This document shows, piece by piece, positions 1 through 9,438 of a DNA stretch of 64,000 bases. The DNA comes from Candidatus Eiseniibacteriota bacterium (GTDB taxonomy: Bacteria > Eisenbacteria > RBG-16-71-46), in NCBI GenBank assembly GCA_038231135.1, contig JBBRLX010000019.1, positions 1-64,000 of the forward strand, written 5' to 3'. Positions within the stretch are counted from its first letter, which is position 1. Each line of letters starts with the position of its first letter. Below the pieces are notes generated by a model. It did no database searches, was not told where the DNA came from, and saw nothing but the letters and a program-made list of their open reading frames with translations. The position numbers and the translations under genes were made by a program.

Positions 1-60
1 CAGTTGTTCGAGCGACGTATACTGGAACATCGAAGCCTGAGTGTTGGTCGTGCCCATCAT
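1..60 (-). CDS. Transposase N-terminus (IS5/IS1182-like), partial
   Basis: Hand translation MMGTTNTQASMFQYTSLEQL matches the MMG..Q..MF.Y.SLE.L start typical of these transposases. GGAAGGAG RBS lies upstream. The frame runs off the window. Confidence 0.7.
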   Translation of the reverse strand, partial: MMGTTNTQASMFQYTSLEQL

Positions 61-137
61 GGGAGAGGTCTCCTTCCTGGATACGTTCCAACCTACTCGC
101 TCCAGCGGCTCAAGTTCACCCCTTTTTCAGCAGCCTG
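1..137 (-). mobile_element. Left end of an IS5/IS1182-like insertion sequence (rest lies outside the window)
   Basis: Minus strand reads CTAG|CAGGCTGCTGAAAAAGG, a terminal-inverted-repeat-like end next to a CTAG at 138-141, followed by an RBS and a transposase-like N-terminus. It interrupts a host reading frame. Confidence 0.75.
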
Positions 138-467
138 CTAGAGCTGGATGCCGAACGGTCCCGGTTGTACTGCGCGTGCGACGCGGGGACACTCGTGTCG
201 ATCGACTCCCGCACCGGCGAGGTCGCGGGCACGCTCGAATTAAGCGGCGCCCCCGACGTCGTGTTCCTCAACCGCACGCGATCGCGGCTCTACGTGGCGA
301 TCGGCGACCCAGGCGTGATCGATGTGATCGACGTCGCAGCGTGGCAGCGGCTGGAGGTCGTGGCCACGGAGCGCAACGCCCACACCATCGCGTTCGACGA
401 GGGCGCGCAGCGGGTCTACGCGTTCCTGCCCGAGACGCACCGGGCGGCGGTGTTCGAGGACGCCTAG
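138..467 (+). pseudogene. C-terminal fragment of a YncE/YVTN-like beta-propeller protein, disrupted by the IS
   Basis: Frame from the CTAG: LELDAERSRLYCACDAG...PDVVFLNRTRSRLYVAIGDPG...AHTIAFDEGAQRVY (propeller blades). It has no own start/RBS and abuts the IS end. Confidence 0.7.
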
Positions 468-724
468 GTCCCGCCGCCGCGCGACACGTGTTTGCCGACG
501 ACAACCGCGATCGCGAGAACCAACGTCGTGGAGTTCGCCGCGATCAGCGGGACGGAATGGATGCGCAGGCCATAGGCGATCCACAGGCAGACACCGAGGA
601 TCGTGATGAGGTACATCGCGAGCGATACTCCGTCCGCCGAGCGCGTCCGCCACACGCGGATCGCCTGCGGGACGAACGCGAACGTCGTGCAGGCGGCCGC
701 CAGGTAGCCCAGCGCCTCGGTCAT
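464..724 (-). CDS. SemiSWEET (PQ-loop/MtN3) sugar transporter
   Basis: 86 aa, three hydrophobic segments, TT.AFVPQ..RVWRTRSA.GVSL.MY motif, GAGG RBS. Confidence 0.9.
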   Translation of the reverse strand: MTEALGYLAAACTTFAFVPQAIRVWRTRSADGVSLAMYLITILGVCLWIAYGLRIHSVPLIAANSTTLVLAIAVVVGKHVSRGGGT

Positions 725-852
725 GTCGTGGTCCTCGCGGAGTGGAACACCGGCAGGGCGGCCCGCAGCCTCGTTCGCCGCGAACCGTACAACGTAATCC
801 CGCCGGCACTCGCGCGCCGGCGGGAGGTGGTCATCGATGATTCGACCTGCGG

Positions 853-1368
853 TCAGTGGTCGTCATGTTCCTGTCCGTGCCCGTGACCCTGATCCTTCCA
901 GTGGCGCTTCGAGTGACCCCGGCCATGGCCGCGATCCTGATTGTGGTCATAGCCCCGGTCCTCACGGCGATCATAGCCCCGGTTCATCTGCCCGGGGGGG
1001 CCGGCCAGCATCCGGTGATGCCAGCGATCCGCGGGGACGTCATAGACCCGGCGGGGCACCGATCTCGCATCGACCACGACGAACGGGCCACGGTAACTGC
1101 GGGAGCGGTACCAGTAGCCATTGTCGGAAACATAGTACATGGAGCCGTCTCGAAACATGTCGTAGCCGGGATCGTCACTGAGTACGAGCACCTCGGACTG
1201 GGGAACTCTCACCATCCTCGGAGCGCGGGTGTACACGACTCGCGGGGGCGGCGGCGCGTTGCCGACTCCGATCTGGAATCCGAAGTACGTGTTGGTTTCG
1301 GCGAGCGCGGGAATGGCCACCCCGAGCGCCAGAACCGTTGCCAGACTCATCATGATCGCGCGCTTCAT
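853..1368 (-). CDS. Secreted hypothetical protein with a Gly/His/Arg-rich tail
   Basis: Start MKRAIMM after GAGGAGG, signal peptide ending ALA, PPPP linker, GYWYRSRSYRGPF motif. Confidence 0.8.
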   Translation of the reverse strand: MKRAIMMSLATVLALGVAIPALAETNTYFGFQIGVGNAPPPPRVVYTRAPRMVRVPQSEVLVLSDDPGYDMFRDGSMYYVSDNGYWYRSRSYRGPFVVVDARSVPRRVYDVPADRWHHRMLAGPPGQMNRGYDRREDRGYDHNQDRGHGRGHSKRHWKDQGHGHGQEHDDH

Positions 1369-1438
1369 GGGCCCTCCTCGTCGTGAGACCTTCGGGGGCG
1401 GGTGAACGCCAAGATCCCGAGTGCCGCGATTTCCCGCC

Positions 1439-1454
1439 GCACGCTTCATGCCAA
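1439..1454 (-). promoter_or_regulatory. Putative sigma-54 (-24/-12) promoter
   Basis: TTGGCATGAAGCGTGC has GG-N10-GC spacing with a TGGCA -24 box, ~70 nt upstream of the ATG at 1368. Confidence 0.5.
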
Positions 1455-1747
1455 GGGCGGGCGACGTCACGCTGGAGTCAACCGCATGCTGCGTACCCGT
1501 CGATGGCGCCGGCGACCCGTCGCGACGGAAGGAGTCGTGCCCAGCGTTTGTAATTTTCGCCGCGAGAAGCTGAACCCGGAGGCTCCGGGCAGTATCGGAT
1601 AGTATGGAGGTTCGCGGCGGATCGTCACTTCGCTCCCTGGCTGAACGCGGCGGCAACGCTGCGGCGATCGCGCCTCGTGGTGTAGCCTGAGCGCGTCCTT
1701 GGCGCCGTTGCCAGTCCTGGTTTCCCATTCCTCATGCGGAGTTCTCC

Positions 1748-4057
1748 ATGCGCCCGGTGCGCCCCATACGAAACGTCGTCCTCGCCGTCCTGGTGGCGCT
1801 GTCCGCCGGCCTCGTGCTCACGGCCCGCGCCCGTGGCGACGGGAGCGAATGGCCGCGCCGGTTCGACTCGGCCAGCGGCGCGTTCGTCGTCTATCAGCCG
1901 CAGCCCGAGGAGCTGCACGGCGACGTGCTGACGGGCCGCATGGCGTTCTCGGTCCAGAAGGCGGGAGAGGACCATTCGACGTTCGGCGTGATCTGGTTCC
2001 AGACGATCGTGCAGATCGATCGCGACAGCAGCACCGTCGAGCAGCGCAACCTGGACGTGACGCTGGTGCGCATGCCCGGCATTCGCCCGGACGATGCGAA
2101 GCGCTATGAGACGCTGGTCGAGTCGGAGGCGAACGGCTGGGATCTCAATGGCTCGTTCGAGGAGCTGCAATCGGGGCTCGCCGCGAGCGCCAAGGAGCGC
2201 GCGAGCATCGAGAATCTCGACCACCGGCCGCCCCGGATCCTGTTCGTGTACCATCGCGCGCTGCTCGTGGCCTATGACGGGGCCCCGGTGCTCGAGCCCA
2301 TCGACGGATCGCGCCTGCAGCGGGTGTCCAACACGCCCTACGCGGTCGTCCAGGATCCGGCGCGCCGCACGTACTACCTGCGCGGCTCCAACCTGTGGTA
2401 CACGGCGAAGGATCCGCTGGGGCCGTGGAACGTCACCGACAGCGTGCCCGCGGACGTTGCCGGCGCCCTGCCGCCCGACACCTCCACCGCCGATCCCGGG
2501 CAAGGCGAACCGCCCGCGATCGTGACGGCCACCGAGCCCACCGAACTGATCGCGTTCGACGGCGAGCCGCTGCTCGAGCCTTTGGTGGGCAGCCGGCTGC
2601 TCTATGTGACGAACACCGAGAGCGACGTGCTGCGCTACGTCGACACGCAGTCGCTCTACGTGCTGTTGTCGGGCCGCTGGTACACGGCGCGCTCCGAGCA
2701 GGGACCCTGGACCTACGTGGCCCCGGACCAGTTGCCCGACGCGTTCCGCCAGATACCGCCGGATTCCCCCCGGGGCAACGTGCTCGCCAGCGTCGCGGGC
2801 ACCGACCAGGCCGATGACGCCGTGGCCGACGACGAGATCCCGCAGACGAGCGCAATCCGGCGTGATGCGCGCGACGTCAGCGTGGCATGGGATGGCGCTC
2901 CGCAATTCGAGCGCATTCCCGGCACCGCGCTCGAATACGGCGTGAACACCGACGCCGAGGTGCTGTCCGACGGCCGGCGCTACTATCTCTGCAACGTGGG
3001 CGTCTGGTACGTCGCCGACGACGCCCAGGGGCCGTGGAGCGTGAGCGTCGACGTGCCGGTCGGCCTCGACGACGTGCCGCCGAGTTGCCCGGTGTACAAC
3101 CTGCGCTGGGTTGACATCTACGAGGTCACGCCCACGGTCGTCTACGTGGGGTATCTGCCGGGGTACCTCGGGTACTATCCGTGCGGCGGGACCGTTGTGT
3201 ACGGCACCGGCTACCGCTACAAGCCGTGGCGTGGCCGGCGCCACTACTACCCGCGGTTCGTGACGTGGGGTTTCGGCGCGCGTTACAACCCGTGGGTGAG
3301 CCGCTGGAGCTTCGGCTACAGCTACGGCGCCGGGTTCCTGAGAGCGGGCACGCGCTGGCGTCCGGATGGCGGCCGTGAACACGAGCGCGGTGACATTCCC
3401 TGGTTCGGGCCGGGCGGTTACCGCCGGCCGTGGCTTGCCGGCGACCGCACGCTGTTGCGCACTCCACCGCCGCGCCGCCACAGCCTGTCGACCGACATGG
3501 CACCGCTCGGGCTCTACAACCGTCCCGAGAACTCGGGCCGTGTCGTGAGGTTCAAGAATCCATCGGACGCGCCCGTCGTCAACATCCGCCGGCGGGAGGC
3601 GCCGCTGCCGAACAACGTATTCGCGGGCCGCGACGGGAAGGTCTACCAGCGCACGCCCACCGGGCAGTGGAACGTGAACGACGGGCGCAACTGGGTGCCA
3701 ACCCGGCTGCCGGCGCCGCCGGTACCCGCCGTATCCCCGCCGGTCCGGCGCGTCGTCGGCGATTCACCGCGGTACCGCAAACCCAGCGAGCGGCCTCTGT
3801 CGCAGCCACGCGGCGTGCCCGCGCCCGCGTCGCCCGGCAGGTCCGCGCCGATTCCGCGGATGCGCGAATTCCCGCGGCCGGCAAAGCCCGCGCCCGCGGC
3901 CACACCTGGCGGCCTGGAACGCGAGTTCAAGGCCCGGGAGCGGTCGATCAGCCAGCCACCGCCCCCACCACCGCCCCCGGCGTCAGCGCCGGTGGCTCCG
4001 CGGCCACGGCCCGAGGACTCGAGGGATCAACCGCCGCCGGGGAGGCGCCACCGGTAG
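1748..4057 (+). CDS. Secreted protein of the family often labelled 'carbohydrate-binding family V/XII', with a Pro/Arg-rich disordered C-terminus
   Basis: Signal peptide, WPR..YQPQ N-terminus, three WY....GPW repeats, YTPGY-like/VVYGTGY region, long Pro-rich tail. Confidence 0.7.
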   Translation: MRPVRPIRNVVLAVLVALSAGLVLTARARGDGSEWPRRFDSASGAFVVYQPQPEELHGDVLTGRMAFSVQKAGEDHSTFGVIWFQTIVQIDRDSSTVEQRNLDVTLVRMPGIRPDDAKRYETLVESEANGWDLNGSFEELQSGLAASAKERASIENLDHRPPRILFVYHRALLVAYDGAPVLEPIDGSRLQRVSNTPYAVVQDPARRTYYLRGSNLWYTAKDPLGPWNVTDSVPADVAGALPPDTSTADPGQGEPPAIVTATEPTELIAFDGEPLLEPLVGSRLLYVTNTESDVLRYVDTQSLYVLLSGRWYTARSEQGPWTYVAPDQLPDAFRQIPPDSPRGNVLASVAGTDQADDAVADDEIPQTSAIRRDARDVSVAWDGAPQFERIPGTALEYGVNTDAEVLSDGRRYYLCNVGVWYVADDAQGPWSVSVDVPVGLDDVPPSCPVYNLRWVDIYEVTPTVVYVGYLPGYLGYYPCGGTVVYGTGYRYKPWRGRRHYYPRFVTWGFGARYNPWVSRWSFGYSYGAGFLRAGTRWRPDGGREHERGDIPWFGPGGYRRPWLAGDRTLLRTPPPRRHSLSTDMAPLGLYNRPENSGRVVRFKNPSDAPVVNIRRREAPLPNNVFAGRDGKVYQRTPTGQWNVNDGRNWVPTRLPAPPVPAVSPPVRRVVGDSPRYRKPSERPLSQPRGVPAPASPGRSAPIPRMREFPRPAKPAPAATPGGLEREFKARERSISQPPPPPPPPASAPVAPRPRPEDSRDQPPPGRRHR

Positions 4058-4200
4058 TGCTGTGACGCCTCGAGCGGCGTGGCGCGGAGGATCGTGAGGC
4101 TGGGCCCTGGCCGGCCCAGCCCGCTCCGCGACGTTGTGGCGTCTTCGACGCCCCGTGAGGGAGATGGCCCGCAACGGTGATTTGGATGCAGGACGTCGAT

Positions 4201-4216
4201 ATGTGTTGCAACACAT
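4201..4216. promoter_or_regulatory. Perfect 16-bp palindrome, candidate transcription factor site
   Basis: ATGTGTTGCAACACAT is its own reverse complement. It is AT-rich and intergenic, ~235 nt upstream of the protease. Confidence 0.45.
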
Positions 4217-4450
4217 TTCCCGCCGTGCTCCGTGCAAAGCGCGCTGGACCCGGCGATGCGAGCCGCATGCTGCACGACACCCGACGCCCGGCGCCCTTCC
4301 CCGCGGGCGGCGACCGGTGCCCCGCAAGCGCTTCCACCGCTGCCGTGTTCAGGATCGTGGCTTGCTCATTCGCAAGACACCCCCTCACGGCCACCCGGAT
4401 GTCCCGGGCCTCGAAGCCTGCGGCGCGGCGGAACGACAACGGAGAGCTCC

Positions 4451-5821
4451 ATGACATCCCGCATCCTTGCCATCACGTCCGCAGCGGTCATGTTCGCGGG
4501 TCTCGCACTTCCGGTTGCCGGCGGCGCGGCGGCCGGACGCGACGAGGCCCAGGCCATCTTCCATGACGCGCGCGCCTACACCGTCCGGGTGCGCACGGAG
4601 ATCACGACCCCGTTCGCCGAGGACGCACGCGGCGCGTTCCAGGGCGCCGGCTTCGTGGTCGACGCACGTCGCGGGTGGATCGTCACGAACGCCCACGTCG
4701 CGGGACAATCCCCGGCCGTCGTTCACGTGGCGTTCGCCGACGGCCCGTGGCTCCCGGCGCGCAAGATCTACGTCGACTCGTTCACCGATGTCGCCATCCT
4801 GGCGATCGACGCCGCGCCCGGCTCGTTGCACCAGGCGACGCTCGATGGCTCGGACACCCCCATCGGCGAGAACGTCGGCGTGTTCGGGCACCCGCTCGGA
4901 CTGCTGTTCACGGGCACCCGTGGCATCGTCTCGGGCCGGACCGACCAGTTCGGGCCCGAATACATTCAAACGGACGCCACGGTGGATCACGGCAATTCCG
5001 GCGGCCCGCTGATCCGGCTGCGCGACGGCCGGGTCGTCGGCATCGCCACCGCCGGAGCGGGCGGCCCGCGCGCCGATCGCGTCAACTTCGCGACGCCCCT
5101 CAAGGACGTCTGCCGGATCCTCGACCTGCTGGCGCACGGCGTGAAACCCAATCCGCAGCAGATGCCGTTTTCCCTGCTGGAGAACGAGGACGGCAGCCAC
5201 ACGCTCCAGGTCGGCCGCAGTTTCGATCATGACCGCTGGCCGTTCGAACCCATGGACAAGATCCGGTCCGTCGTCGGCGATCCCGCTCCGCTGAACACCG
5301 TGAGCGACCTCGTGACCAGCCTACGCGGCCGCAAGGGAGACGTGCGCATCGCCGTCGAGCGGGGTGGCAAGACGGTCGAGGTCATGGCGCATCCCGACCC
5401 CTCGCCGTCTGTGCTGGACCGCAGGGCGCTGTTGTTCGATGGGGCGCTGATCGCTACCACCAACCTCACCGACAGCGCGATGCTTCACGATGCGCCGCCG
5501 TTCTCGATCCAGTCCGTCCAGCCGGGTTCCGCGGCGGAAGCGCTCGGGATCGGCCCGCCCGACATGGTAGACACGGTGGACGGCCATCGATTCGAGTCGA
5601 TCGACGCGCTGGACGGCTATCTCGAGCAGCGTCCCAAGGCCACGCCGGTGCGGTTCGTGCTGCGGCGGTGGAGCCCGTCCGTCCACTTCGCGTTCGATTA
5701 TCTCGTGCGTGATTTCCCGGGCGAAGAACTGCAATGGGTGGGCAGCGATCTCGCCGCGGTCGGCGCGGTGACGCCGGCGACGGAGCCCGCAGCCGCGAAG
5801 ACCGCATTCCGGGGGCACTGA
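4451..5821 (+). CDS. Secreted trypsin-like (S1C, HtrA/DegP-like) serine protease with PDZ-like C-terminal regions
   Basis: GGAG RBS then MTSRIL signal peptide. Catalytic motifs TNAHV, DVAIL and GNSGGPL, plus a VQPGSAAEALGI PDZ-like segment. Confidence 0.85.
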   Translation: MTSRILAITSAAVMFAGLALPVAGGAAAGRDEAQAIFHDARAYTVRVRTEITTPFAEDARGAFQGAGFVVDARRGWIVTNAHVAGQSPAVVHVAFADGPWLPARKIYVDSFTDVAILAIDAAPGSLHQATLDGSDTPIGENVGVFGHPLGLLFTGTRGIVSGRTDQFGPEYIQTDATVDHGNSGGPLIRLRDGRVVGIATAGAGGPRADRVNFATPLKDVCRILDLLAHGVKPNPQQMPFSLLENEDGSHTLQVGRSFDHDRWPFEPMDKIRSVVGDPAPLNTVSDLVTSLRGRKGDVRIAVERGGKTVEVMAHPDPSPSVLDRRALLFDGALIATTNLTDSAMLHDAPPFSIQSVQPGSAAEALGIGPPDMVDTVDGHRFESIDALDGYLEQRPKATPVRFVLRRWSPSVHFAFDYLVRDFPGEELQWVGSDLAAVGAVTPATEPAAAKTAFRGH

Positions 5822-5860
5822 GCGCCGCTGCGGGCGAGTGAGGGACGTCGCGCCGGGCCA

Positions 5861-5869
5861 TGCTACGAT
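5861..5869 (+). promoter_or_regulatory. Extended -10 element, probable leaderless start of the SDR gene
   Basis: TGc-TACGAT followed by exactly 6 nt, then GTG at 5876, with no SD. Confidence 0.5.
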
Positions 5870-5875
5870 GCCGGC

Positions 5876-6655
5876 GTGAAACTCACCGACAGGGTAGCCA
5901 TCGTCACCGGCGGCGGCCGCGGCATCGGCCGCGCGATCGCGCTGCGCTTCGCCGCCGAAGGGGCGGCGGTCGTGCTCGCCGCGACCGGCCGCGACGCGCT
6001 CGAGGAGACGGCGGCCGAGATCCGCGGCGCGGGCGGCCGGGCGCTGACGTCGGTCACGGACGTGGCCGATGAGGCGGCCGTCACGCGCTTGATCGCATCC
6101 ACGCTGGCCGGATTCGGCCGCCTGGATGTGCTGGTCAACAACGCCGGCATCGCCGGCCCCACGGCCCCGATCGTCGAGCTCGACCGCGCCGACTGGGACC
6201 GCACGCTCGCCATCAACGTGACCGGCGCCTTTCTGTGCTCCAAGCATGCCGTCCCGCACATGATCGCCCGCGGCAGCGGCCGCGTGATCAACATCACGTC
6301 GATCGCCGGGCTGATCGGCTACGCGCTGCGCAGCCCGTATGCCGTCTCGAAGTGGGGGATGATCGCGCTGACCCGGTCGCTGGCGATCGAGGTGGGCGAG
6401 CACGGCATCACGGTCAACGCGATCGCTCCGGGCGCGGTGCGCGGCGAGCGGGTGGAGGCCGTGATCCGCAACCGCGCGGCCGCGCTCGGACGCGCGCAGG
6501 ACGAAATCGAGCGCGAGTTCTACGTCGAGCCGACCGCGCTCAAGCGCATGATCGATCCGGAGGAGATCGCCGCGACCGCGTTGTACCTGGCGTCGGACGA
6601 GGCACGCAGCATCACCGGCGAGACGATCGGCGTCACCGCGGGGTTCCGGCTGTGA
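5876..6655 (+). CDS. Short-chain dehydrogenase/reductase (SDR)
   Basis: TGGGRGIG, NNAG and YAVSK motifs; 259 aa. Confidence 0.95.
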   Translation: MKLTDRVAIVTGGGRGIGRAIALRFAAEGAAVVLAATGRDALEETAAEIRGAGGRALTSVTDVADEAAVTRLIASTLAGFGRLDVLVNNAGIAGPTAPIVELDRADWDRTLAINVTGAFLCSKHAVPHMIARGSGRVINITSIAGLIGYALRSPYAVSKWGMIALTRSLAIEVGEHGITVNAIAPGAVRGERVEAVIRNRAAALGRAQDEIEREFYVEPTALKRMIDPEEIAATALYLASDEARSITGETIGVTAGFRL

Positions 6656-6668
6656 TTCGTGCCGGGGC

Positions 6669-7340
6669 ATGGGTGCGCGGCGCATGATCCCCGCGCGGCA
6701 GGCGCTCGAACGGCTCCGCCAGGGCAACCTGCGCTTCGTGGCGGGGGAGCGGAGCCCCGATGCGCTCCGCGGTCACCCGGCGCGCCCCCGGCCCGACGGC
6801 GGACAGCAGCCGTTCGCGATCATCCTCGGTTGCTCGGATTCGCGCGTGCCCGCGGAGATCGTGTTCGACCACGGCCTCGGCGACCTGTTCGTCATCCGGG
6901 TCGCCGGGAACATCGTCGCCCCGTCCCAGGTCGGCAGCGTCGAGTTCGCCGCGGCGCGGTTCGGAATCCGGCTGGTCGTGGTGCTCGGGCACACCCAGTG
7001 CGGCGCGGTGCTAGCCACGCTGGAGGAGCTGCAGCAGCCGACGGCGAACCGGTCGCGGAACCTGCATTCGATCGTCGACCGCATCCGGCCGTCGGTGGAG
7101 CGGCTGCTCAATACCGAATTGCGACACGACCGCGAGGCGCTCCTCGCTCAGGCCACGCGGGCGAACGTCGGCGTTTCGGTGGACCACCTGCGGCACGGCT
7201 CCGAGATCCTGGAGCAGTTGATCCTGCACCAGGGCCTGCTCGTGGTTGGCGCGGAATACTCGCTGGAGACCGGCGTGGTGGAGTTCTTCGACGACGTCAC
7301 GGAAGCCGCGCTTTCGCCGGGCACGGCGGGGGGACGCTAG
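6669..7340 (+). CDS. Beta-class carbonic anhydrase
   Basis: GCSDSRV, GDLFVIRVAGN and GHTQCGAV zinc ligands. Start could be ATG 6684. Confidence 0.95.
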   Translation: MGARRMIPARQALERLRQGNLRFVAGERSPDALRGHPARPRPDGGQQPFAIILGCSDSRVPAEIVFDHGLGDLFVIRVAGNIVAPSQVGSVEFAAARFGIRLVVVLGHTQCGAVLATLEELQQPTANRSRNLHSIVDRIRPSVERLLNTELRHDREALLAQATRANVGVSVDHLRHGSEILEQLILHQGLLVVGAEYSLETGVVEFFDDVTEAALSPGTAGGR

Positions 7341-7493
7341 TTCCCGCAGCCGTCGCGTTGAAACGGCTGAGAATGGGACCCATCGTGACCTTCACCTGCA
7401 CTCCTTCGACGGCTGTGATGCCCCAACAGCCAGACGGGACCCCGCGCCTGCGCGCGAGGTCCCGATGCCTTCATTCCGCCGAGCTCTGGGGTC

Positions 7494-9233
7494 TCACCAC
7501 AGCCGCGTCACCCGCGTGACACGCGTCGCATTGGCGGCCTCGACGCGGACGAAGTAGACGCCGGGAGCCGTGATGCGGCCCGCAGCGTCACGACCGTCCC
7601 ACACGAGCTCGTGCGCGCCGGCCGTGAACGCGCCGGACGCGAGTCCCCGCACCTTGCGGCCCGCCGCATCGATGACCGCGACGTTCGCCGTTCCCGCGAG
7701 CGGCATCGCGAACACCAGTCGCATCGGTCCCGCGGCCGGATTCGGCGACATCCGCGCCGCCAGTTCGGTCGTGGGCGACGGACCGTTCACTCCGACGAGT
7801 GGACCCGCGGGGCCCGTCCGGATTTCGTAGATCGGCAGTGTAGGCGCCAGCCCCGCCGAGCCACCGGACGCCCGCAGCGCCAGCGACGTCATGTAGTCCG
7901 GAGCCGTCACGGCCGCACCCACCGGCTGGAACACGATCTGGTCGACCGTGTAGAGCGCCCCGTTCAGTGTGACCGACCAGCCGGGGCACGGCGACGTGAT
8001 GCAGATGATCCGGAACTCGGCGGGGCCGGAGCCGCCGATCATATCCGACTGCACGAGCCACTGGGTCTGCGGCTTCTGGTGGCTGGCGTGGGAGGCCGGA
8101 TTCGTGACGTCCGCGACGACGACACCATTCAGGTACAGCAGCACGCGGTAGCCGCCCGATCCCACCGCGGAGAAGTCCGGCACGAACTCGGAATGATCGA
8201 GCTCGACGAGACAGCTCAACGTCCCCAGCGAGTGTTCGAGGCCGCCGATCCTGCCGGTCGCTTCGCACGACAGCGTGCCCGGCGCGAGCGGTTGCTCGTC
8301 CAACACGCATCCCAGGGACGTCTTCGTCGGGCTCTCGCGGATCAGCTGGATCGACACCCCGTCCTGACCCGACGAGCCGATGTTCTCCATGGCCGGCGGA
8401 TCGCCCGACGGTCCGTCGAGCGCCCAGTGCGCGTCGCCCAGCGCGACACCGATGCCATTGTCGTCCGGGCCGTTGGGGCAGCCGGCGCAGGGCGGGACGA
8501 TGCCTTCCTGGCTGAGCGTGAACGATCCGGTGCCGGACGGCACGGCGCACGTGAGCCGGGCCGCGTCGATTTCGTCGACCTTCGTGCCGGTGTCACAGAT
8601 GAACCGGGCCTCGACGCAGATCGTACCGCCCGCTCCGCCGCCGCCGCCAGCCGAGATCGTGACCTCGTGGTCGTAGCTCGCCTTGATCCAGCTATACAAC
8701 TTGCCCTTCGTCATGTAGTAGTCGTAGCCCTTCTTGCTCAGGAACGCAGCCGACGACACGTGCACCGAGAGCGGCAACGGCTTGTTGATGCGCTTGACGA
8801 CCGCGCCCGATGCATCGACCAGCACGACCCAGCAGCGGGTCGCGCCCACTCCCGAGAAATCGGGGGACAGGTCCTCGCTGCCGTCGCTGTTACGAACACA
8901 GTCAATGCGACCGACGACCGTTCCGATGCCTCCGGAAACGCCGCGCATCTCGTACGCGCTCGTCGCGCCCGCCACATCGAGGTCCGAAGGGCCCGGGAAT
9001 TCCATGGCGTGCCCCGACGACTTGCTGCCGAGTTTGATTTCGACGCCATCCTGGCCGCTGCTGCCGATGTTGCCCACCGGCAGTCGGCGAAGCGCGGGAT
9101 CGTAGCTGATCGTTGCCTGGCCGAGTGAGCTGTGGCTCAGCCCATACCCATAGAGCTGGGCGGCAGCAGGACGGACGGCGGCGAGCAATCCGACGGTCAT
9201 GACCGCTAGCGCTGCTGTTGTGGCAACTCGCAT
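7494..9233 (-). CDS. Secreted Cys-rich protein with an internal duplication and a FlgD-Ig/T9SS-like C-terminal domain
   Basis: AAGGAG RBS, signal peptide MRVATTAA...AAAQ, NIGSSGQDGV twice, C-terminal PNP...DAAGRKVR...WDGRD...GVYFVR. Confidence 0.8.
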   Translation of the reverse strand: MRVATTAALAVMTVGLLAAVRPAAAQLYGYGLSHSSLGQATISYDPALRRLPVGNIGSSGQDGVEIKLGSKSSGHAMEFPGPSDLDVAGATSAYEMRGVSGGIGTVVGRIDCVRNSDGSEDLSPDFSGVGATRCWVVLVDASGAVVKRINKPLPLSVHVSSAAFLSKKGYDYYMTKGKLYSWIKASYDHEVTISAGGGGGAGGTICVEARFICDTGTKVDEIDAARLTCAVPSGTGSFTLSQEGIVPPCAGCPNGPDDNGIGVALGDAHWALDGPSGDPPAMENIGSSGQDGVSIQLIRESPTKTSLGCVLDEQPLAPGTLSCEATGRIGGLEHSLGTLSCLVELDHSEFVPDFSAVGSGGYRVLLYLNGVVVADVTNPASHASHQKPQTQWLVQSDMIGGSGPAEFRIICITSPCPGWSVTLNGALYTVDQIVFQPVGAAVTAPDYMTSLALRASGGSAGLAPTLPIYEIRTGPAGPLVGVNGPSPTTELAARMSPNPAAGPMRLVFAMPLAGTANVAVIDAAGRKVRGLASGAFTAGAHELVWDGRDAAGRITAPGVYFVRVEAANATRVTRVTRLW

Positions 9234-9438
9234 GAGGGACTCCTTTTTCCATGGTGAAGCGGCGGCGCGTGGAACGGTTGCGAGAAGGGAATCCGCCCCG
9301 CATACTCTGCGACTGCTCGAGATCGGACTTCCGACGCGCGACTCTGACACAGTTCTCCGCTTCGTCAATCAAATCCTCGCGGCGCTGCGGGCGGCCGGAA
9401 GTTCCGCCACGAGCGCGGCGCTGACATGAGGCACTGGC

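Noticed and set aside
4098..4120. GC hairpin after the 1748..4057 gene as an intrinsic terminator
   Set aside because: No U-tract follows, and such stems are common by chance at this GC content.
4358..4374. TGGC...TTCGCA as a sigma-54 promoter for the protease
   Set aside because: GG-to-GC spacing is 11 nt instead of the required 10.
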